Assembly (NCBI GenBank): GCA_947305775.1
Contig: CAMZEN010000006.1
Location: 6,080 to 70,079 of the forward strand
Origin: an uncultured Verrucomicrobiota bacterium
GTDB taxonomy: Bacteria > Verrucomicrobiota > Kiritimatiellia > RFP12 > UBA1067
Direction of reading: 5' to 3'
Length of the DNA stretch: 64,000 nucleotides
This document shows positions 39,997-49,900 of the stretch, one piece after another. The notes under the pieces were generated by a model, which did no database searches, was not told the origin of the DNA, and saw only the letters and a program-made list of their open reading frames with translations. Both the position numbers and the translations under genes were made by a program. Each line of letters opens with the position of its first letter. Positions within the stretch are counted from its first letter, which is position 1.

Positions 39997-40226
39997 ACTG
40001 CCTCCATATCCTTGACGGCGAGCGTGAGCTCAAGACCCAATGCGCTGGCGACGGAATCGACAAGCCGCATTGTCGGATTACCGGTCCCACGCTCCAGATT
40101 GCATAGCGCATGCTCGGAAACGCCGCAAATCTCAGCCAATTCCTGCTGGGTCACGTCCAGCGATTTGCGGCGTCTGGCAATAAACAATCCTATATCTTGG
40201 AGTTTCATTAAAATGAAGTTTATCAT
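39993..40226 (-). CDS. hipB: XRE-family HTH protein (HipB-like)
   Basis: IARRRKSLDVTQQELAEICGVSEHALCNLERG HTH. The likely true start is MKLQDIG at 40208. Confidence 0.8.
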   Translation of the reverse strand: MINFILMKLQDIGLFIARRRKSLDVTQQELAEICGVSEHALCNLERGTGNPTMRLVDSVASALGLELTLAVKDMEAV

Positions 40227-40245
40227 ATTTTTCTCCGTCCGTCAA
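40217..40245 (-). promoter_or_regulatory. sigma70-like promoter TTGACG-17-TAAACT for hipB
   Basis: Minus-strand read. It would give a leaderless or near-leaderless transcript starting at the 40208 ATG. Confidence 0.35.
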
Positions 40246-40324
40246 CGCTTCAAAGACCAATTTCTTCATTATAATGCAACCGCACACCAGCGGAGCCAGC
40301 TATAAGCAGTTGGGTCGGAAACCG

Positions 40325-40341
40325 GCGGGGACTGTCCCCGC
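40325..40341. repeat. REP palindrome GCGGGGACTGTCCCCGC
   Basis: Perfect 8-bp arms around a single central base. Confidence 0.9.
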
Positions 40342-40353
40342 ATAGAAACCGCC

Positions 40354-40366
40354 GGGGCCTGTCCCC
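40354..40366. repeat. REP variant GGGGCCTGTCCCC
   Basis: One substitution relative to the core. Embedded in the 23-nt repeat AGAAACCGC(C/T)GGGGCCTGTCCCC, also present at 40544-40565. Confidence 0.7.
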
Positions 40367-40552
40367 TATGAATTGCGCTCCATATAATAACCTCATTAAA
40401 ACGAGAGTGGCGGGAATTGCTTCTCGCCACTAACACGGGGACAACTTCCCCGCTTCAAGGTGATCCCCTCCTTGCAGGCTGAGATCGGTGTGTATTATAG
40501 CATAGCTTGCGCTGCTGAATCAATGACAAAAATCGCCCAACAAGAAACCGCT

Positions 40553-40568
40553 GGGGCCTGTCCCCGCA
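40553..40568. repeat. REP variant GGGGCCTGTCCCCGCA
   Basis: See the 40354 copy. Confidence 0.7.
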
Positions 40569-40579
40569 TTGATTCATTT

Positions 40580-40666
40580 TGCGCTAGGGTCTTTTTGAAA
40601 TGCCCTAGGGTCAAATGTCGTTTGCCATAGGGCCTTTTTACTCTTGCGCTAGGGTCTTTTTCGTTT
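40580..40666. repeat. four tandem 21-22-bp units TGC(G/C)(C/A)TAGGG(T/C)C(T/A)...
   Basis: Units start at 40580, 40601, 40623 and 40645. Units 1 and 4 share an exact 18-mer TTGCGCTAGGGTCTTTTT (40579-40596 / 40644-40661). Confidence 0.85.
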
Positions 40667-40695
40667 GCCCTTGCCCAATAGAGACAATAACCCAT

Positions 40696-40728
40696 ACCAA
40701 TAGGTCGATTGCATGAAACCAATAGGTC
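40696..40728. repeat. two copies of ACCAATAGGTC at 22-bp spacing, plus a degenerate CCAATAGAGAC 22 bp upstream
   Basis: Exact 11-mers at 40696-40706 and 40718-40728. Confidence 0.85.
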
Positions 40729-40750
40729 AAACCAGTCTTTCGGACTTAGT

Positions 40751-40767
40751 GCGGGGACTGTCCCCGC
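40751..40767. repeat. REP palindrome GCGGGGACTGTCCCCGC
   Basis: Exact 17-mer. Confidence 0.9.
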
Positions 40768-40822
40768 ATGGGGAAGGTCTGGCGGGTGACAAATGTTGGG
40801 ACAGGCCCTGAGGGGTGGGGAG

Positions 40823-40896
40823 AAAAAGCGGGCGGGGGTTGCCTGTTTTCAACTCCCGCCCTTGCGGCGGCGAAGGTGTGCGTTTTCGCCGCCGCC
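40823..40896 (-). terminator. conserved 74-nt two-hairpin 3' module (hairpin 1, then a GC-rich terminator with U-run) after the giant gene
   Basis: Minus-strand hairpin GGCGGCGAA/UUCGCCGCC, then GGGCGGGAG...CCCCCGCCC followed by GCUUUUU. A homologous copy is at 63601-63674. Confidence 0.7.
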
Positions 40897-40909
40897 AAAT
40901 TATTTGGCC

Positions 40910-43900
40910 TTAGTAGACCGAGAAGATGGTGCCGGGCTTCAATACAAGCTTACCATCCTTTACACGATAGTGTGCGGGCAATGGCTCGTCATTGTAGTTG
41001 TGCACCGTTATCTCGTTTGCACCAGCGGCAGAAATCGCCGAATCGAAAGTCGGATAGTATGTGGTTGTTTCTTCAACCGTCACGGAGCACACGCAATTGT
41101 CAGCTACACCAGATTTAAGTGTGCCTGGAATAGTACCCTGAACGACTGCGGCATTCGCGTCAATAACCACAGTACCGGTAAAGCTACCGCCATTAAAGAC
41201 GACCGTGCCTGTAGTGCCACTGGCTATCTTTATGTAACCGCTACCAGTCACCGCAGCTGCCTCCAGAGTAAGAGTATGTCCATTTGGATCAAGGATAGTG
41301 GCGTTTTCTGCACTATCGCCCTGGAAGTTTATGGCCCTTCCTTCTGTTGCATTATCAGTTATGCGGAATGTGCCCTTTCCGAAGTTCTTGGTTATAACCC
41401 TACCTCCTGCGGGGATCGTAGCCACTTCCAAAGTGCCGCCATTGCTCAAGTTGACCTGACCAGAAACCACGCCAGCGGTTCCATTGCAATATAGACCCTT
41501 TACTCTTGCGGTACCGCCAGAGATCTCTAGTTTGGCCTCCTTGACTTGTCCGCTCCAAGGAATCATCACATATGCGTCTTGCGCATTCAACACGCCGCCA
41601 TCGCTAACCGAGATTGTCGTTTTAGTATTCGCTGAACCAGATTTAACCCAGTATCCCAAAACAACTCCCTTACCAGCATCAGAATCGTTCACGACCGTGT
41701 CTACGGCAGAAACATTGAGTGTTCCGTTAATTGTTACGGAGTTTATTGCTTCACCACCATCGCCATTCGGATACGTGCGCAGATTCGTAACACTAACTGT
41801 ATTGCCGGACGGTATGACAACACTACCGGCGGAAGGACCAAATGAGGTCGGGACCGTCTCTGCTGAAGAATACACTGTCAGCGTCTTGCCGCTAGCGTTA
41901 GGCTGAACGGAGAATGTCATCTGCGTGCCATCCGTCGCTGGGAAGTCTTCGACAAGTTTTGCAACCTGCTCGGCCTCCAACACCGCATCATAGCCACGAA
42001 TCGCCGCAACCGCCATACCAACACCCTTGGTCAATCCATGATCGCCGCTACACCTTGACCAATTATCATGATTGACACCCCTTAATATGCTTCCAATCTG
42101 AAAGCCTGTAGCAAGAGCAATCGCCCCTCCGGCGCTACCAGTAGCTGCAGCCGAGTCATCCAGATACAACTTAACATCGCCTGTTACGTGATTGAAAGTT
42201 GCCGTATAGAGGTGATATCCGCTGGAAACTGGTGCGGTAACTGTTGCCGCAGTGCCGACTAGATGCGTCGGATCGCCGTCGTCACTGTATTTACCCGTAT
42301 CCCAGACACCAAACTTGACAGACGCACCTTCGCGATATAGGATAAGGAATTTTCTATTGTCAACTTCTCCCGTCCTGCCAACGCCGACAAGCATTTGCTT
42401 GCCCGTTTCAGAAACCTGAGAAATATCGGCGTATATTGAGAACGTTATATCTTTATCCGTCCATGCAACCGTTTCGTGGTATGGATGTTTCCCTTCCGTG
42501 ACCTCGTACACCGTAGGCAAAGTTGAGCTAGGCCCGACGCGCAAATATGTGTCAAAACCTTCTCCTGCCCAGCTGGAGAACCATCCAGTCGGCGTTGCAC
42601 CAATTGTGCCATCAAAGGAGAATGCCGGGTTGGTTGGGATGCGAACGATCTTAAAGGTTGATCCAGACCTTGACATAGAATATTCGTAATTCGCCTCATC
42701 TGGCGCTGCGAACGCAATATCACCAACAACAGAATCCGCTGTTAGCATTACAGCCGTGCCAGAAGTGATTGTGCTGGGCGCAAGAGTCAGCGTCTTGCCG
42801 GACGCGACAGTAAGATTGCCTGTTATTGCGAGAGACTCTCCGCTACCGAACGCAAAGGTCGCGTCGTCAAACACCTCAATATCTGTCGTTATGGAGCCGG
42901 CAATTTTCAACGTGCCTGTGCCATAGACAATAACCTTCCCGGCCGTAAGATTATCTGCATCCACAATCGTAAGTGTTACATCCTCATCAATATCAAATTT
43001 GATTGTATCAACAGCGGTCAAGCTACCAAAAGTAAGTTCTGCGTTTGCTGTTACATTAACAATCAGATCGCAAGCAGATGTATCGGTAGGTAGAGTCGGG
43101 GAGAACTCAAGCCCGCTGAAGTTTCCTGTGGCAGACATCGTCGCAGTATACTCTGGCTTAGCCCATATTTCGATTCGTTTAACATTATATTTGGACGTAT
43201 TCAATGTCGACGACAAGGATGTTGCAGTCCAATCCGTGGACTTATTCTTTCCGCTTACTTTGAAAAAGTGCTGGGACAAATTGCCGATACCCAATTCAGC
43301 AGGATAGTCGATGGCAGATCTCCAGTTGTTGTAGGCAAACAAGACCTGCGCAGCACGGCCTGATGAAGGAGCAATTCTGTGAACCTGCATACAAGCAAAC
43401 GATCCATAATCATTCAGAAGAGTATCGTTCCAATCGTATGTATTATTTTCGTCCGCAGGTGCGTCTGCTACGCCCGAAGCATTCGGATTGAGCTGATAAG
43501 GCGAAAACTCAATGAATCCTGAAACAGAATCATCATCAGCCGCGACTGTCTCTATGCCGCGATGATTCGACATAACATGAAGACTTGTGACGACTTGCTG
43601 AATATTCTTTACAGGCAAGCCCACATCCTCAAGATTTCGCTCCCCGAACGCATCCATATCGACCCACACCCACTGGTGTGCGTTGTTGTCGGAACGTACG
43701 ATTTCCACGAAATAGCCAACCTTTGTGTACGTGTTAGCGGCAATAGTATCATCCTTCTCCACGTAGGGGATTGCGTCGGAAAGATTTGTCAGAAGTCCGT
43801 GCGCAGCCTCAAGATAGCACACACGCCTGAAACCTGGCAGATATGTTGCGAGTTCCGCCTTGGCAGCCGCCCCAAGCTGCTCTTTTGTAGGCGCGACCAA

Positions 43901-46900
43901 TGGAGTTGCTGACGGGAAAGCATCGTCAGGAGAGAAATTGGCCTTGGAAACATCAGTAATGGCTGAAAGCCATCCCTCCGCCATCTGATCACAACCCCAC
44001 CAATCAGGATGGAGATAGTCAATGCCTGTGTCTATGGTGATGCCCGCCGGTGCAGCCTCTGTTTCAGTTGTTTCGAAACAAGTGTTGAGATCAGCAAGTA
44101 TCACTCTTGAAGGAAACGCTCCTGCAGCGCCAGGCGCAAGATTCATTTGCGTTCTCACAAGTTCGTTGAACTCCTTTATCTTTGCATTGCTTGATTTCCT
44201 GCTGGCGCTGCTAGCATTGCCGTAAAGCAATGTAGATACGATGATTTTCGACTCAGGCAGGTTGTTGACAAGGTGCCACACTACATTCGTCCATGACTTA
44301 AACACAATCTCTTTGGTCATCGTAGCGCCTGTGAAATCTTTCGACGCCCCTAGATCATTAACGCCGATATGCAGAAGAACTACATCTGGCTTGCCCACCT
44401 GTGCACAAAGGGAGTCCACATTTTCAATCAAATTGGCGCGAGTATCTGCGGATGTCGGACCAGCCGTAGAGCCATGTTTTGCAGAATGCCAGCGCCAACG
44501 CGGCGGCAAATCCTGTCCGGCGGGGTCCTTGGGCATCAGCTCGCTACTTTCCGCGGCATTGCTTATCTTATCGTAACAACCAACAGTCTCGACATTGAAA
44601 CCCAAAAGCGAAAGCTTCTGGCAAAGGAGTCCACGGTAGTTTGCACACGTGTCGGCAAGATTGAAGCCTTCTGTTATGGAGTCGCCATAAGCCCAAATCT
44701 TCAATGTCCCCTTCGCGGCTTGTGCAGCGGTGTCGTAAACTCGCAAGACTATCTTGTCAACGCAATACACAAGTTCGGCTGAAAGGTTGCTAGGCAAACC
44801 GGACACATCAAGCGATGACATCGTGCCGTAACCAGCGGAGAGGACCTGTTTCGTAGTCCACTGGAAGAGCGTGTAGTTGCCCGCCGTAAGGCTCGACGCG
44901 TCGGTGATCTTGAGATTTGTTGTCGTTGCGGGAACCTTATAGCCATCTGCCAAAGTAATGGTGTTTCCGTCAGCGGTGAAATTATACGTCACTGTTCTGA
45001 CTGCGGTGCCTGGAACGGTCATCGTGGCCGTTGCCGTGACATTAATGACATAATCGCTTGTAGCGGTTGGTGTGCCGAACACCTCAGAAACAGTGTAGGT
45101 CTTGTCGTTGGTATTGATTTGAACAGGAGACACCACATATATCGTTCCGCTATCAAATCTGATGTTCTCAGTGGTTGGCTCACCGACATCAATCTGGACA
45201 GTGGCGTTTATAAACCCTGATCCGCCAGACGAAGCGACCTGGTAGCCCGTGGAAAGATTAGCGCTGTCGGGAAGTTTGATTGTCGTCCCGCTCGCGAGCG
45301 TCAAAGAGCCAGAAATGGCAGGTGTTGTTCCTGTAAATCCTGAAAAGTCAAGCGTCGAACCATTTGAGGTCGTGACATTGCTTCCAACCGAGCCCGTCCC
45401 ATCAAAGGCCAAGGTGCCATTCACATCGAAACCACCAGCCGCACTCCAAGTCGTTCCGGTAGGAACAGTTGCGATCTTGCCACTGTTCACGATTATCTTT
45501 GCAGTGGTAGCATCGGAACCGCTATCGCCAAAAATCAACTGCTGCTGACAGCCGGCCTGCAATGTAATCGCACCGGTAAACAGCGAAGATTCTTTTACTA
45601 CTACGGCAGCACCATAGCTTGAACCGCCAGTAATGCTGAGAGGACCGGAACCTGTCAATTTAGACAATATCACTACATTGTCACTATTGGCATAATGCAG
45701 CGTAAGACCACTTCCATCCAGATCCAAGGTTGGTTTGGCTTCTTGTGAACCATCAAAATAGGCATCACTGACACCATCTAGTCTAACGACAGAATTTTCA
45801 TTGCCAATGTTGTTCAGTACCAACCCTTGCTTATCGGAAATGGATTTTATGACAAGTGTACCCCTCCAATTGTCCGCATCCGTCCAGCCAAGTCCTGTCG
45901 GTGGGTATGTTCCATCATAGATGACCGTCCCAGAACCTTCCACCTTCGTTGCCGAAATATTAGCCATATTTACAACAACGCCCGAGCCGACAGTAAGCGT
46001 CCCGCAAGTCAATGTATAACTGCCGAAGTTGACCGCCACTCCAGCAGGAATGGTTACTGGCGTGCTGCTGTCACCTGTATTGCTGGTAAGCGTCACCGTC
46101 TTCGTCTCACCGGAATTCGCCGCGTCGATTGCCGCCGCGATTGTGGCATAACTGTTCTCCCCGACCGTAGCGACCTCCGATGCTACCAGTTTCAATTCGG
46201 TACCGGTCGAGTTTGTCGTGTCCAGCATCCAGCTTCCGGGCATATTCTGGGTTGAAACGTTCGCAACTGTGAAAGTGTCGCTCGACGCGGTAATTGTGAT
46301 TGTATCGGATGGGTCGCCGGATGTGATCGCGCTACCGTCTATGACCAGAGTGCCAGACTGTGTGACAGCGCCACCAATGGTCACATCGTCATTGCCAACA
46401 TAGAGGACTGCTCCAGCGGGAAGCGTTACGTCTACATTGACCGCAAGTCCCTTCGTGAAGTCGATCGCGCTGACATTTGTCAAAGCCGTGCTGTTAGCTA
46501 TCGTCCCTGCTCCATCAAGTTTAAGCGTACCAGTGCCTGTGACGCCACCACTGAGCGTAGCAGTCTTCGTTGCCGCAACAGAAACCGTAGACTCAGTAGA
46601 AGCGTCTAGCGTAAGCTGCTTCGCTATCGTCGCTGACTCCTGAAGCTCGATAGTGCCGCCTCTCAAAGTCACCGATGCAAGCGAAGTATCGATACCTTGT
46701 GTGCCTGTCAGGATCAGCTTTGATGATCCGCCGACCGTAACCGTCCGTCCGGAATTGCCATGTGCAATAATGCCTTTGACCTTGACTTGTCCATCGCCAG
46801 ACAAATTCAATGCTGAACTACTTGCCCATAGATTAAGCGGCATCTTGCTCATATCGAACAGACCGCCGGAAATGTTAACAACGCCACTGCGACTGTATCC

Positions 46901-49900
46901 AAATATTCCGCAACTGCTTGAGCCAGCAGCAAAATCTGAGCCAGTTCCATCAAACGTGACAGTACCGCCAGTTTGCGTAAAAGTTGAATTATTACCAAAC
47001 CAGAATTTTGTAGTATTCGCCATTCTTAGAGAGCCACCGCGGACATCAAAATTCAATGAGGTGTAGTAAACGCCACTGTCAATCGTAACATCATCACCAT
47101 CTTCAACAACTATAGTTCTATATGTGCTATCAATGTATTGATTACCTGCAGCAGCTTTCAACGTAGCAGAATTGAAAGCTATTTTCCCAAACGGAAGCGA
47201 TGCCTCGCCAGTAAACTCAAGATTCTCCCCTAAGAAACGGACAATTCCGTTATTCGTTTGGTAGGCACTATTAGCGGCAAAGACGTTATACGGCATCGTA
47301 GTATCGACACAAAGCGTACCAGAAAACTCGGTAAGATCAACCTTGTCATCATTGATCGTAAGTGTCTTGCCGTCCCCTATCGCAAGGGTAACAGTGCCTG
47401 CGCCTCTAATCTTCAGCGAACCAGTATTGATATTCTCGCCGATGGTGACTGTGGAATTGACATCTGTGGGATTCGTAAGGATGATCTTGGCTGTAGAGCT
47501 GCCGCTCCAGGATCCGACCGATGTCTTTGTCATGCCGGTGGATTCGCCGGACGGCAGTAGCGTTCCCTCGGCACCGTCCAAAGTAGCGGCGTATATTGTT
47601 GGACGGGTTCCGGTGTTGACAATCTGAATGCCCGCTATACCACAACGGTAGCCGTCATTTCCCGTTGAACCCTGTACAGTAAGTGTTGAACTTGTCTGCC
47701 CAATCACCTTCAAATAGTTGGACCCCTCTGCAAGTGTTACGTTGCCACGTGCTGAAGTATAAACACCCCAATTCGAAGAGCCTGCGACAGTTGTAGAGCC
47801 GCTACCACAATAACTGATTTCGTTTATTGTTACGGGGCGGAAATTCTTTTCATCACTCGATACATCCGTACCCATATACACAAATACAGTATATTCCGAA
47901 TATGGTATGTTCTTGACAGTTATCGATGCGCCTGAATCGCCATCATCCAAATAGCCATACATGAGCTCTGCGTTTGCACCAGTCGTCGCAGCACCTGACG
48001 TATAAGCATTTTTAGCAGAAGCGGTCGCTACCATTCCCGCTTCTTGCGTTAAAACGCCCGCTGCAAGCCGTTCAACGACATCCACACTTACGCTTACCGC
48101 ATCAGTGGTTGTCTTCTCTGCAATCTGATTCCACTGTGAATTGCTTACAGGATAAAAACCTGCATCTCCACTAGTGATTCGCTTGCCCGACCGTGACGCG
48201 GCACCACCGACTATGTTTATGCTAACCGAATCGGACTCCGTATTGAAGCCTTCAATATCGAAGCTTGTTGCGGAGGTAGAATAGGTACACTCCCACTTGG
48301 ACGGGAACGTAATGCTGCTTGTGCCCACAGTTATGGCGACGGCCGAAATAATGGTATCGCCGCGCCCCATGTTGGTGAGATTCGTTAGACCGGAGAAGTC
48401 GAGCGTAACTCCAGAACCGATTGTGATATCCAAATCAGACGTCAGCGTCGCATTGCCTGTAAACTTGAGCGTTCCTGTTCCCGTAATTGTAAGCTTTCCG
48501 GCAAACGTCTCGCCATCACTGATTACAAGCGTGCCGCCATTAAGAGTGATGGTCGCTTCAGCATTGACGTCAGCAGCTGCGGTGGCCATCGCCTCGGAAG
48601 AACCAGCCAGCGTCCAACTCACCGAATCCCATGCCGTCTCGCCGGAGCCGATCGTAACCGTATAGGCGTTCACATCCATGTAGATAAGGTAGCCGTTGCG
48701 AACGGACACCTTGTCAGCAACGGAAGAAGTAATGTCGGACCCCGTTGAATCCAGGATCGTGAACTTGCCCGTCATATCGGCCACCGAGCAGTTGATAAGC
48801 ACCGCATGCTCGGCCGCATCCTCGGCAGAAGTAAGCCTGAACGACACCTTGCCGCCATCGCCTATGGTAGTCAGGGTCAGATCGGAAGCCCGAACCAGAC
48901 GCTTTTCCCCAAGAGACAATGTCTTTGTTGCACTCACCGACAATCCGTCAAACCCACTGTCGTTTATTGTCGTGCCTGAAAGATCGACATCGCCGCCAAT
49001 CACAAGCGACTTTGTGCCGGATGCCGTTCCCGCGCTAATGGTCGCACCGGAGAAAGTTCCACCATTGAGCGTCAATGTGGCGTTACCGGCTACAGTTGAG
49101 GTTCCTCCCGATTCCGCATATCCACCAGCAACAAGCGTTCCAGTATAAGTACCGCTGTTTATCGTCACGGATGAATTTCCGCCAACACTAGACGAGTATC
49201 CTGCTTTGCTGTTTGCATATCCGCCGCCGACAATGAGTTTAGGGAACGTCACATTGGGCGCTGTAATCGTTACGGACGAATTGCCACCGACACTTTCATT
49301 TCCATAATAATCGCCTGTTGAGTTATCCGAACTGCTGCCGCCGACAATCCTCTTCGCGAAACTACCAGTTGCCTCTGCAATAGCCACAACAACGGAAGAA
49401 CTCCCCTGAATGGTGGAATGGCCATTTACATTCCATTGCAACGACGATCCTCCAATCACGAGGTCGTTGGGAATGCATACATTTACGCCGCCACTAGATG
49501 TCCCCGCAGAGTTGTTGGACTGTATGTTCTCAATACGAACCGCCGTATTGCCGGTAACTACAGGTGTTGCCTGGTGAGAAGAACCCCATCCGCCAACGAT
49601 TGCCCCCTTGACGACGGCATTGCCCTTCACCGTAACACCAGAGTTTCCTGTTAGCGTGGTGCCATGTCCCTGATCGCCCGAACCAAACACATAGTCTACG
49701 GAAGCGTCGCCCTGCAACTGCACGATGGAATCTCCTGTCGTGCTTTTTGTAGACGTTGCACCGTACGGAGCCGTTTGACGTCCGTTGACTATCGACGCAG
49801 TTCCTCCGGAAACCATAAGATAGCTGTCTTTATCGGCATTTGTTGCAGCCTCGTAAGCCTTAAGGAGTCCGTTCACGACCGAGTAGGTGCCGGCAAACAC

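Noticed and set aside
40495-40722. 75-aa minus-strand ORF across the TAGGGTC repeat array
   Set aside because: It lies entirely in 22-bp repeats, which are not a multiple of 3, and in REP sequence. No RBS, and implausible composition.
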